From the NCBI GenBank assembly GCA_000004695.1, contig CM000151.3:5024001-5088000 (forward strand): DNA of 64,000 nucleotides, read 5' to 3'. The stretch is from Dictyostelium discoideum (Eukaryota). The notes beneath the pieces were generated by a model. That model was not told where the DNA came from and made no database searches. It worked only from the letters and a program-made list of their open reading frames with translations. The translations under genes were made by a program, and so were the position numbers. Positions 28,342 through 40,559 of the stretch are shown here, piece by piece (the stretch's first letter is position 1; every line of letters begins with the position of its first letter).

Positions 28342-28948
28342 TAAATTTTTTTTTTTTTTTTTTTGTTTTTAATTAAAAAGTTTCATCTGGATTGTAAAAC
28401 ATTCATTTTTTGAGTATTTAATTTCACATTTTCTCAGTTTTTTGTGAGTTTGTGATCAAAATGTAAAAACAATTGTTTTTTTTTTTTTTTTTTTTTTTTT
28501 TTATTATTATAATAGGTGGTTTTTGGGTGTTTCCATAAAATTTTTTTTTAAAAAAAAACTAAATTAGATTTAAATGGTTTATATATGTTGAAGAAGCATA
28601 CCTTTACAAATTATTTTATCTTTTTTTCCTATTTCTTTTTTTCTCTTTTCTCTTTTCTATTTTCTATTTTTCTTTTTCTCTTTTTTTTTTTTTTTTAATT
28701 TATGAATTTTTTTTTTTTTAAAAAATTTTATCCAAATAATCTATTATTATATTTTTTTTTTAAAATTAATTAATTTTTTTTTTTTTGTTTTTAATTTCTT
28801 ATAATATTTATTTTTTTATTTTATTTTATTTTTTTTAATTAATAAATATTATTTAATTGAAAATATTTTAATTTTATAAAAAATGGTATTAATTTTAATT
28901 TGTAATGAAGTTTAATTTATAATGTAATTATTTTCATTCTTTTTTATG

Positions 28949-28983
<35 letters not shown>

Positions 28984-29163
28984 GACTGAGTGATAAGTTT
29001 TAAACTTAATAAAAAAAAAAAAAAAAAAAAAAAAAAGAAAATTAACCATCATCTGTTTTTTTTTTTAATTTTAATTGGTTTCTTTAAAACAAAACAATTT
29101 CTATTAATATTTCAAAAATGCGAGAATATGATCAAAGTTTAAAATGGATTAAAAAAATTTTCA

Positions 29164-29195
<32 letters not shown>

Positions 29196-29458
29196 TTTTA
29201 TTTTTTTCGTTAACCCACACTTCCTTTTGGTGCCCCAAGTCAAAAATTTTTTGTTACTAAAAAAAAATACAAAAAATAAAAAAAAAAAATAATAATAATA
29301 AAAGAAATAATAAAACATACCACACACACACTTCACACACCTCAAACACAAACTTCACACATAGTTTTTTTTTTTTTTAAAAAAATAAATTTTCAAAAAA
29401 AACTATCACAATTGTTCAAGATTAATCAATCAATCAATTATAGAAAATAAAAACAAAT

Positions 29459-29492
<34 letters not shown>

Positions 29493-29539
29493 CAAATTAT
29501 AAAATAAATTTAATTTTTCAATATAAAATTAACAATTCA

Positions 29540-29700
29540 ATGAATAGAAGAGATTTAATTCCATTATTATCAGCAATTGCTTTAGGTGCTGTTTCAGGTT
29601 ATTATATTTTTAGTCCAGGGTAAGTCAGTCATATCATACATTTCTTTTTATCATAATGTTTTTATTTATTTACCAATTATATATATATTCATTCATATTA

Positions 29701-29741
<41 letters not shown>

Positions 29742-29821
29742 CATCATCACTATTCAGCCTAAAACAAATCGGTCAAGAGCAAAGATTAGAATTTCAAAAA
29801 AATCAACAACAACAAAAATAA
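29540..29821 (+). CDS. Possible small (about 47 aa) single-TM protein, 2 exons: 29540..29619 and 29758..29821. Weak call.
   Basis: Reads 'MNRRDLIPLLSAIALGAVSGYYIFSPG' with a perfect GTAAGT donor at 29620 (phase 2). An in-frame acceptor ..ttcag at 29756-29757 continues 'GLKQIGQEQRLEFQKNQQQQK*'. There is no homology assignment. It sits alone in a 3.5 kb AT-rich region. Confidence 0.25.
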
Positions 29822-29881
29822 AAATAAATTAAACTAAATTTGTATATAAAAAAAAAAAAAATGCATAAACAATTCTATCAT

Positions 29882-29912
<31 letters not shown>

Positions 29913-30022
29913 AATATCTATTATTACAACAAATAACCAACTAATTTAAATTAGTTGTAAAATGAAATTTGTTTATTTTTTTTTTTTTTTTAATTTTTAA
30001 TTGTTTTATTTAATTGTTATTA

Positions 30023-30060
<38 letters not shown>

Positions 30061-30067
30061 TTTTCTC

Positions 30068-31109
30068 TTATGCAAAATATTTTAAAAGATCTCCTTGTGA
30101 AATAACAGCGGATGGTCTACCCTCTAAATCAACTTTATATAATCTATGAACCTTTGAAATATAGAATTTTGTAATAATTTCTTCAATTGTAGTTGAATCT
30201 AAAACACAAAGTACTTTACCAAACTAAGAATAATAATAATAATAAAAAAAGAAAAAGAAAAAAAAAAAAAAAATTAGTATTGATTATTACAAGTAATAAA
30301 ATGTATTATTATATTTTAATTATAATAATTTATATTTACGATATCAATATTTTGATTTTTTGGTTTCATTTCTAAGAAAGATTCAATTGGTAAAAACATT
30401 CTACTAAATAAAGTACCATCATAACCAACCATTTTCATATCAGAAACACTAATGTTACCAATTAAAATACCGATTTGGTTAACTACAGGAACGGCACTAA
30501 TACCATTTTCATGCATTAGTCTAAAAGCATCAATTACCATACGATCTTGTTTAATACTAATGACAGAGCTTGTACCAAACTCTTTTAATTGACCAATTGC
30601 CTTATCTAAACCATTAATGTTTTGAATATGATTTTGAATATATTCAACAACTCTTGATTGTGTAAGTATTGAAATTAATGTACCTTCTGAATCGATAATT
30701 GGTAAACGATGTACACCCCATTTGGTCATTAAATCAATACCAATCTTTAATGGTGCTGTTGATTCAACTGGATAATATCCATTTCTACCTGATAAATCTA
30801 TAAAAAAAAAAATAAAAAAAATAAAAATAAAAAAAAAAAATATTAATAAAAAAATATTAAAATTAATTAAAATAATAATTATAAAAATAATTACCACAAA
30901 TATCACCAATTTTGAATTTTTGGAAAATTTCTTTTGATTCAAGAATGAAATTTAAATCTAATTCACTTAATTCCTTTTGTGAAAAGTGATTGATACAAAA
31001 GGAAACAATATCTAACATATCAATAAATTTATTATATTTTCTAGTTTTTGTATCATAAACTGGTAATGAAAGAACTTTCTTTTTTATCATTAACTAAATA
31101 AATAAATAA

Positions 31110-31148
<39 letters not shown>

Positions 31149-31197
31149 TAATATTACAATAATTATTCCTTATATACTATTTTTTATTTATTTTATT

Positions 31198-31254
<57 letters not shown>

Positions 31255-31388
31255 TTTATTTATTTTTTTTAAAATAATTTATTTACCTCGAAAGCATCTT
31301 TAACTGGAGAGTCAGAGTGAACGCTAAAAATTTCAGCGTTTGAATTTGGAAAAATTTCACCAATTGTTGTATTATAAAAGTCAGCCAT
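30068..31388 (-). CDS. CBS-domain pair protein (AMPK-gamma/SNF4-like architecture), 4 exons: 31388..31287, 31093..30895, 30797..30340 and 30223..30068 on the minus strand.
   Basis: Exon 1 is 'MADFYNTTIGEIFPNSNAEIFSVHSDSPVKDAFE' with donor GTAAAT. Exons 2 and 3 carry CBS motifs ('VLSLPVYD', 'HRLPIIDSEGTLISILTQSRVVEY', 'GISAVPVVNQIGILIGNISVSDM'). Exon 4 is '...KVHRLYKVDLEGRPSAVISQGDLLKYFA*'. Donors are GTAATT at 30894 (phase 1) and GTAAAT at 30339. Acceptors are atttag, ttatag and ttcttag. Phases are consistent. Confidence 0.7.
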
Positions 31389-32010
31389 TTTTTATTTATG
31401 TGTATTTATTTATTTATTTATTAAAATAAAATATAAAAAAAAAAAAAAAAAAAAAAATATTTAAAGAAATTTTATAAAGAAAAGAAAAAAAAAAAAAAAA
31501 AAAAAATTAATATTTTAATATTATTATAAATCCTACAAAAATGTTTTTATAAAAAAAAAAAAAAAAAAAAACTATTGTTTATTAATATAAATTCTCCTTT
31601 TTTAGGATTTTTTTTTTTAAAAAAAAAAAAATAAATATTAAAAAAAAATATTTTTTTTAAAAAAAATTCCTGGTGTTTAATTTTATCGCACTTTACCCTG
31701 TTTAATTGAAATTTCAAATGGAATTAAATTGCAAATGTTTTAATGATTCGTTTCTGTTCAATGAATCACAATCAAATCTTGCACTTTTTCAAAAAAAAAA
31801 AAAAAATTAATTATTTTTATTTTTTTTTAATATTTTTTTTTTTTTTTTTTGTTTAATTCACATAAATATCTTTTCTTATTCGATAGTGTTTAGAAAAAAA
31901 TTAAAGGAAAAAAAAAGTTTATTTTTTAAAATTTAAACAATCATTGATTACCTTAAATATAATTTTTGCATTGCACCAATCCTCAACAAAATATTTCACT
32001 TTTTCTCATA

Positions 32011-32044
<34 letters not shown>

Positions 32045-32194
32045 AAATGTATAAATAATAATTAAAAAAATAAATAAAAAGACAAAACACTTTTTTTAGG
32101 AATAAATAAAATTTTAAATATTTTCGAATACATTATTATTATTATTATTGGGTGTTTTTAATTTATTTTTATTTTTTATTTTTAATTTTTAATT

Positions 32195-34343
32195 TTATTT
32201 TGATTGTGTTGATTCAAATAATTTTATAATTTTCTTTTCTAAACCAGTTATGGAAGAAGGATTATTAATTGAACATTCTGAATAACCTAATAAATTTTTG
32301 TTTCTTAATAAATTATCAATTTCAGTTTTATCAACTGGAGTATTATTTGTGGCAGTTGTTGATTCATTAGTTGTTGTTGTTGTTGTTGTTGATTCATTTG
32401 TACTAGCTGATGCAGTGGTTGTATTTTTAATATCAGATTGTAAACCTAATAAATAGATTGGAGTATTTGTGAATTGTTTTTGAAGTTTATCAATTTTATC
32501 AGTTAAAACATTAAAAGAGTCGACATTTCCAATTGAGAAAGTTGCAATGAATAATGAATTGAAAGGTATACTATAAAGAGTATCCAAACGATAATCATTG
32601 AAATATAATCTAGTTTCATCTTTTAAAGTTTTCAAAATTAATGTCTTTTGGAATGATTTGAAACCAATATGTTGATTACCAATAACTAAACCCAATACAG
32701 GTATCTTGTAAGTTGACTTCTTGCCAGATGCCTTATAACGACTTCCAAACATTGGTTTTGTAAAACTTTCAGTCTTTGGTTGATCATCATCAATAAAATT
32801 ACACCAATCTTCATTCTTATCAAAATTTGAATTTAAAACACCATAATGTTTTGGTAATTTAATTGGAGCATCTTTAGTGGTAGTGGTGGTGGTAGTAGTG
32901 GTAGTGGTGGTGGTAGTAGTTGAAGAACTACCTTCACCCTCTGGTGTATTGATTTTATTAGGATCTTCTTCATTTTCTGGTTTTTTGTCATCCAATGCTG
33001 GTGTGGTGGTAACTTCAAAATTTGGTTTATCTAAATCATTAAAAATTGAATCTAAACCTTCAGCATTACCTCTTTCTTTTGCTTCCTTTTTATATTGTTC
33101 ATATTTTGCAGAAGAGGCTTCTCTCATACAAATTGCTAAAAACATTTCAGTGATTAATTCAAAACGTGAGAAAAGTATACAAAGTCCACTAGTTCTTTCA
33201 GAGATAGTTTGATAAAAGTAACGATACTTTTCATGAATTGCAACGATACCATAGATTTTGACACCCAACGCTTCGAGATCGTCACATTCTCTAACCCAAT
33301 TTAAATGATGATTACTATAGTATGGTGGATGTGGAGGACTGTCTCCAATCATGACCAAAGCTTTACTCGTATGAGATGACCATGATAGGAATTTGGCTTT
33401 ATGTAATGCAAATTCGTAGCATTCAGGCTCGTCACCACCAGATGTTGCCTTTACACCATTGATAAAGTTTACAATTTTATCAACATCAGTTGTTAAATCT
33501 AAAATATACAATGGACGCTCCTCACAGAAATCCCCCATTGCCATAATACCAATTCTAATCAATGGAATCTCTTTCATTAATTTAGTAACGGTTTCCATAA
33601 GTTTCTTTCTAACTTCAACAATAACTGCATTCATACTTGTTGTAGTATCAAAACAAAATACAATCTCAACATCATTTGAAATTGAATTACCAATGAAATG
33701 TGATAAAATCTCTTCCTTATTAATAATTGGTATAACATTTTGACTGCCATTCTCTTCACCTGAGCCACCACTACCACCACCACCACCACTTGAACTTGAT
33801 TTCTTTTCCAATATTAATGTTTCCATTCTTTTTACAACGCTATGAACTAATTCTTTATCTGTAAATGTTTTACCACTTTGTGATAATATTAATGGTTGTG
33901 AATAAATATCTGGTTGATTTGCTGCTAAAACTGAACAAATATGACTTTTTTTTTAAAAAAAAGGTAAATTAATATGTATTATTTTTATTTTTTTTTTTTT
34001 ATTTTATTTTTTTTTTTTATTTTTTTTTTTTTATTTACCTTTTTAATTCTAAAATTGTTAAACCAGATTTATTTGGAATTGTAACTTTTAAGACAACTGT
34101 ACCATATTCTACATCAAATGTTAATTCTTTAATTGTTTGTAAATGAATTGTACCTTCTTTTTTAATACCATGTGATCCAATTGTTGCTTGAACATCCATT
34201 GGTTCACCTGCAAATACAAGATTGAATTGATACTCTGACATTGAAGTTCTTTCACATACTTTTTTAATTAATACTTCAACTTTATCTGCTGGATTAACAT
34301 CCAATGAGAATGTAACTGTTGATGTTTTTACTAATATAATCAT
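32195..34343 (-). CDS. Ubiquitin-like (UBL) domain plus von Willebrand A (vWA) domain protein, 2 exons: 34343..34039 and 33944..32195 on the minus strand.
   Basis: Exon 1 'MIILVKTSTVTFSLDVNPADKVEVLIKKVCERTSMSEYQFNLVFAGEPMDVQATIGSHGIKKEGTIHL' has a ubiquitin-like fold pattern. Donor GTAAAT at 34038 (phase 2). Exon 2 has a vWA-like block 'VEIVFCFDTTTSMN...IGIMAMGDFCE...SGGDEPECYEFAL', then S/T-rich linkers and a C-terminal domain of unknown type. Confidence 0.65.
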
Positions 34344-34864
34344 TTTGATGTTTTTTTTTTTTTTTTTTTTTTTTTAATGAAATAAATTATACAAATACAA
34401 ATACAAATAAAATTTAAAATACAAATAAATGATAAAAAAAAAAAAAAACTGTTTATGAAGTGAAAAAAAAAATAAAAATGATAAAAAAAAAAAAAAAAAA
34501 TCCATAAAAAAAAAAAAAAAAAAACCAATTTTTAGATATTTTTTGAAATCAGTTATTTGAAATCAATTCAATGAAAAAGTTAAAAAAAGAAAAAATAAAA
34601 ATTATTAATAGAAAATACTTTTCATTTTTTTTTTATATACTGAAAAAATAAATAATAATAAAAAAATACAGAAATAAAAATGAAGTTGAGAAATTAATTT
34701 TATTTTTATATTAAAAAGGTTATTTTAATTTATTATTATTAATTATTATTATTATTATTTTATATGTGAATTCAAAATTTTTTACTTTTCACACTAAAAA
34801 GTTTATAGTTTTTTTTTTTTTTTTTTTAAGATTTTATTTATTTAAATTTTATTTATTTATTTAT

Positions 34865-35482
34865 TTAAGTTTTAATATTGGCTTTTTCAATATTTGATAA
34901 AATAAATTGTTTATCTATTCCTTTTTTACCGCTATACCCAATAACCTTACCATTTGAAGAAATAATACGGTGACAGGGAACTAGCAAAAGGAAAATATTT
35001 AATCGGCAGCTAGTCGCAATTGCACGAGCATATTTCTTATCAAGTCCTAATTGAGTAGCAACTGATGAATAAGATAAAGTTGAACCATATGGTATGGTTC
35101 TAAGATGAGTCCAAACTTTTCTTTGAAATTCAGTACCCAATTCTAAATTTATAGGAGTTTTAAATTCTTGTAGTTTTCCATTAAAATACTGATCTAATTC
35201 TTGATTAATTTGTAAAATAATTTTATTATTTGTTTTATTTTTACATTCTTCATCTAAATTTTTACTTTCGTATAATCTTATACCATGTAATGATTTATCA
35301 TCTGCTGTTATCTTTAATGCTCCAATTGGTGATTTTAAAATAAAAGAATTAATTATTTTTATTTCTTCTTCTTTTTCTTCTTTTTCTTCTTTTTCAATTT
35401 TTAATTTTTTATTATTATCATCATCATCATCATCATTATTATTATTATTATTTTCAATTGATTTTCTTATTTTATTATTCAT
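34865..35482 (-). CDS. mgmt: O6-methylguanine-DNA methyltransferase (MGMT/Ogt), single exon.
   Basis: The active-site motif 'LLLVPCHRIISSNGKVIGYSG' (PCHR) and the upstream helix-turn-helix block 'TEFQRKVWTHLRTIPYGSTLSYSSVATQLG' are both present. The N-terminus has an acidic, lysine-rich low-complexity extension. Confidence 0.8.
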   Translation of the reverse strand: MNNKIRKSIENNNNNNDDDDDDNNKKLKIEKEEKEEKEEEIKIINSFILKSPIGALKITADDKSLHGIRLYESKNLDEECKNKTNNKIILQINQELDQYFNGKLQEFKTPINLELGTEFQRKVWTHLRTIPYGSTLSYSSVATQLGLDKKYARAIATSCRLNIFLLLVPCHRIISSNGKVIGYSGKKGIDKQFILSNIEKANIKT

Positions 35483-36013
35483 TTTTAATTTATTTTATTT
35501 TATTTTATTTTTTTTTTTGGTTGTGTGTTAAAAAATTCATTTTGTAAAAAGGTGAGAAAAAAAAAAAAAAGTAAAAAAAAAAAAAAAAAAAAAAAATAAA
35601 AGACAAAATATTATTTAATACTTAGAAATCCATGGTTGGAACTGACCGTTGGAAAAATCAAAAAAAAAAAAAAAATAAAATTAAAAAAAAAAAAATTAAA
35701 AATAATTTAATTTAAAAAAAAAAAACGTGATTCGCTTGATTTTTTGAATCATTGTTTTTTTCTTTTTTTTTTTTTTTTTTATTTTTTTTTATTTTTTTTT
35801 CCCTAAAGATATTTTCTATTTTTATTTCTATTTTCTATCTTTTTTTTTTTTTTTAAATTTTTCTCTTTCAAAAAAAAAGGTAAAAAAAATTTTAGTAATA
35901 CTACTTGTATGTAGTAATAAAATTTTAAAAATTTCCAAGTAAAAAAAAAAAAAAAAAAATAAGAATTTAAAAATAGAAATTTTAAAAAAAGGGGTATTTT
36001 TAAATTGAAAAAA

Positions 36014-38269
36014 ATGATACCAACACAAACACCCCCAAGACAACAAATGATGAATCATAATCATCAACCACAACAAATACAACAACCACAACAAATACAA
36101 CCACATCAACCACAACAACAACAACCACATCAATTTAGACCATTGGATGAAAATGCAGAAATTCCATTTTTACAAATTGTAACACCAAATCAAATGATTA
36201 AATTACCACCAATGTTTCAAGAACAATATAAACAATTATTAAATAGATGGTCAAATCAATGTATTAAAAAATCTGGATTATTATATACTCAAGCAGTACC
36301 ATATAATCAAGTTTTGGTATTATTAGAAATTGCTAAAAATGGTGATATTCAAGAATATAGAGATTTCATTCAAGTAATTATTGAGTCAAATCAAAATAAA
36401 GATGGTGATGAAAATGAAGAATCAATTCAACAACAACAACAACAACAACAATTAACATTAAAATCAATAATAAATTTAATAGATTTAGAAGGTAATACAT
36501 CAATTCATTATGCAATTATGAGAAAGAATAAAGCAATGGTTAGTTATTTAATTGATTGTGGTGCAAATTTAGATATTCAAAATTTAGAGGAAGGTCATAC
36601 ACCATTACATTGGGCATGTATTAAAGCAGATTCATCATTTGTGTTACAATTGGTTGAAAATGGTGCAGATATTCATTTGACTGATAAGAGGGGTTACAAT
36701 GCATTACTTCATGCTGCACAATATAATGAAGTGAATTCAGTGCGTTATTTAATTGAGAAAGGATTGGACCCAGTGCAATGCAAAGACATTCAATTACATA
36801 CTGCAGTGCATTGGACCTCGTTTCAAGGTCATGCAAATATGGCACGTTATTTCATAAGTTTAGGCGTTGACCCAAATGCACAAGACATTCAAGGCAGAAC
36901 GGCATTCCATTGGGGTTGTATCAAAGGTCACAAACAAGTGGTCAGCATGTTATGTTCATTCGAAGGTCAAGATAGTATAGATAAAACCATTCGTGATAAT
37001 GATGGTAAGACAGCCTACCAATTGGCAGAATCAAAGGAACATTATGAAATCATCGATTATTTAGACACAAAGCTTAAAGATGATAAATTATTTGGCGGCA
37101 ATGAGAGACTCTATCATAGATTTTGGACAGTGATGGGTGTGTTGACAGTATTGGTGCCAACCTGGATTCTATGCTATGTGCCAGTGATATTTGGGTTACC
37201 ATTGTTGGCTGTCGGTGGCTACTTTTTAAAGAATTATTTACACTTAAATTATTGGGTACCAGAGAGAAACAATTGGTTATTACCCTCGATTTTATATTCT
37301 TCAGTATCTATTTGGTATTTGATTTATTTACTTAGAATTGCACCATTGGTAATGGCAATTAACATTTTCCCAAATTTAATAATTAATGCAACCTCGTGGT
37401 ACTTTTTCTACTTTTTCATTCGTTTAACAAAGGAAGATCCAGGCACAATTTCTAAACATATCTCTAAAGAGAAATCAAATGAAAACTTTATGAATGCTCT
37501 CTCAAGTGGTCGTCAAATCCCTTTGATTTGTCCAACCTGTTTAATTAATCGTCCAATTCGTTCAAAACATTGTCCATCTTGTAAAGGTTGTTTTGCACGT
37601 TTTGATCATCATTGTGTTTGGATTAATAAATGTATTGGTATCAATAACCAAGCTTTATTCATCACTGTACTCTTCTCATATGTTATCTTGGTAATTTCTG
37701 GTTTCATTGTAACTTGGGATTACTTTAAATCTGATTCAAATGCTCCAATACTATCTGAAAGTTATATTCAATCATTTTTATTCTACTATACCAATTACCC
37801 CTTTATTTTATTATTCTCAATCTATGGTATTGGTATGGCTATTTGGATTGGTAAATTAGCAATCTCACAAGTTTTAACAATTTTATTCAATAAAACTACT
37901 TATGAACAAATTCAACAAATTAGAGAATTTGAAAGTAGACAAGGTCATGGTCATAGTCACGGTGGTGATCAACAATGTAATCATAGTCATGGTAGTGGTG
38001 GTGGTGATCATGGTCATAGCCATGGTGGTAGTTCTGGTAGTGGTAGTGGTAGTGGTAGTGGTGATCATGGTCATAGTCATGGTGGTCAACCTTCACTTCC
38101 ATCTTCAAGTGGTGGAAGTAAAAAAGATTCTGATAAATCATTCCATAATCAACAAACTAATTTTGATATGTATCATCGTGGTGTTGTAAATAATGTTAAA
38201 GAATTTTTATTCGATTCTCAAAAATTCTATTTCCAAACTGAAAATATTTATGCTGATTCAAGAGTTTAG
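36014..38269 (+). CDS. Ankyrin-repeat DHHC-type palmitoyltransferase (Akr1/ZDHHC17-like), single exon in this window.
   Basis: There are at least 5 ankyrin repeats ('[28 protein letters not shown]', '[13 protein letters not shown]...', 'GYNALLHAA', '[13 protein letters not shown]', '[13 protein letters not shown]'). The DHHC-CRD '[37 protein letters not shown]' follows, then multiple TM segments and a C-terminal (HGHSHGG)n His-Gly repeat. The ATG at 36014 is preferred over the track's TTG at 36005. Confidence 0.85.
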
Positions 38270-38454
38270 AAAATAATATTTTCTTTTTTTAAATTTTTAA
38301 TAAATTAAATAATATTAAAAAAATATAATTTTAACTTAATAATTACAATTTTATTTTATTAAAAAAAAGATTATTAAATTTATTTCTTTTTACTAAAAAA
38401 AAAATTAATTTTTTTTTTTTTTTTTACTATTTTCATTTATTTACTAAATTTAAT

Positions 38455-39879
38455 TTATTCCCATAATGGTGGTTGTTGTAATTTCTTTAAAGCAGTATTG
38501 ACCCAAGCAGAAATGGTTTGATATCTAGTGCAAAATAATACATTTCCAGAGACAGATTGTTGAGAGTTTGGTTGTTTTTTGATGATAGCACAAAGTTCAC
38601 CACAGTGTAAGTTAAAGATGAGACCTCCTTTACAAACACCCGGATCACCTGACAATGAAATTTCTAATGTATCATCATTGAAATGGGATATATGACCATA
38701 GTAGAGTGATGGTTCTGGTGGTACAACTGTTGAAAAGTTTTTATGATCACTTGGTGATACCATTGGTAAACGAGTGTATGGAAATGAACAACATATAACA
38801 TCTTTTAATAATTCATATCCCTTGGTTGCTATTGGATAGGTTTCAACGGTGAATTTATCTTGTAAATCTTTGATTTGCAATAAGGCACAATCAGTATTTG
38901 ATTCTTCTGTTGATGAAACATCTAAAATCGTTGATTTAAACCATTGACCATCAAATCCAACTTCAATCAATGTCGATCCACCCTCCTTTATACCATTCAT
39001 TAAATGTGATGATGTAAGTATTAAATCTCTACCAACTCTTAAACCACTACCAAAAACAAGGTCATGTTTTATCATATATTTCTTTTTTAAAATTCTAATA
39101 ATTGCAACTCTATTTACAATATCTTTTTTTAATTCTAAAATTTTAAAAAAAATATTAGTAAGTTAACAAAATTAATTTTGAAATTATATTTTTCTAAACT
39201 TACTTTGTTTTGATAAAATTTCAACTTTTTCTTTTAAATCATCATATAATAATGAAGCGAATGCTCTATCATGTTTACTTTCTCCTGCATATGATTTAAA
39301 TGTATCTTTTGATTTTGAAATTTCTAATAATGAGACACCATTTCTATTTTCAAAATCAGATGTATCTGAATCTTTATCATTTTGAGTACCAATTGATTTT
39401 TTACATTGAATCCATTGTTTAGTATTTTCAGTTGACCAATCAATTATTGGTATTCTTTGAAATTCATGTTCTTGAAATTCTTGTTGTTGTTGTTTAGATT
39501 CATTTTCATTACTTTTACTCGAAGATGATTGATTTTGTTCATCATTTTCATCTTTGTCAAGATTATCTTGTTCATCTTGATCACCTTCTGGTTTATCATG
39601 ATGGTTTTGGTTAATTTCAACAACTGATGAATGTTCTTCACTTTTCTTTACTTCACTCTTTTCTTCACTCCTTTCAGATTTGTGTCTATCTTCACTCTTT
39701 TCATGTTGTTCTGGAGATTTATTATGATTGTCTTTGTTTCTATGTTCTTCTTTATTATTATTATCATTGTTTTTATTAAGATCATCTTTTAATAATTTAT
39801 CTTTTTTAATTTCATTTTCATCGTTTTTTGAATGGTGATGATGTTGATGATGATGATGTTGATCTTGTCCTGTATCCAT
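38455..39879 (-). CDS. Chymotrypsin-fold (trypsin-like) peptidase-domain protein with a His-rich acidic N-terminal region, 2 exons: 39879..39204 and 39134..38455 on the minus strand.
   Basis: Exon 1 is 'MDTGQDQHHHHQHHHHS...' then an acidic K/E/D-rich region. Donor GTAAGT at 39203 (phase 1); acceptor ttttag at 39136-39135. Exon 2 has His in 'RDLILTSSHLM' (compare the trypsin TAAHC block), Asp in 'TDCALLQIKD' (compare DIALL), and 'GDPGVCKGGLIF' where trypsins have GDSGGP. Confidence 0.6.
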
Positions 39880-40559
39880 TGTAAAATAATTATTTAATAA
39901 AATTATAAACTTTATAATTTTTTAAATACAATAATAATTTATAAATTTTTATAATAATTTTTTTTTTTTATAATTTTTTTTTTTTTTATAATATTCATAT
40001 TTGGTAATTTATGTTTTTTTTTTATTATTCTCTAAATGGTAATTTTTTTCTTCAGATTTGATTTTTATTATTTTTATTTTTATTTTTTTTTTATTGAATA
40101 TAAAAAGTTTTTTTTTTTTTTAATAAACCCGTTTTACTTTTTTATTTTTCAAAAATCCTTTTTTAAAACTAATCCCATAAAAAATAATTGAGAATTTATT
40201 TGGTATGAATAGGCCAATTTTTTTTTTTTTTTTTTTTTTTATTTTATTGACCACCTCAAATAAAAAAAAAAAAACAATTATCCTAACATTTTCTTATTTA
40301 ATCTGATCTGGTTCATTTGGTTCATTTGGTTTATCAGGTTTTATAGGATCAGGCTTTAAAGGCTAAGGTTTATCAGGAGACTTTGTTGCAATGCATCTGG
40401 AATTTTAAAAATAGAGGTCCAAATCAAATGATAGGAAGGAAAAAACAAAAAAAAAAAAAAAAAAAAAAAAAAAAGAAAAATTATTAGATACAGAGCAGAT
40501 AGGTAATTGTAAAACAAATTTTTTTTTTTTTTTTAATTTTTAAAAAATATTATAATTTA

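Noticed and set aside
32833-33212. ORFs on both strands (poly-V 111 aa on plus; P/L-rich 61 aa on minus) inside the UBL-vWA gene.
   Set aside because: They are antisense or out-of-frame readings of the poly-Thr (ACC/ACT) coding repeat.
37883-38189. Three overlapping ORFs (poly-T/M, poly-V/M, His/Tyr-rich) over the DHHC gene 3' end.
   Set aside because: They are antisense or alternative-frame readings of the coding (HGHSHGG)n repeat, fully inside the DHHC CDS.
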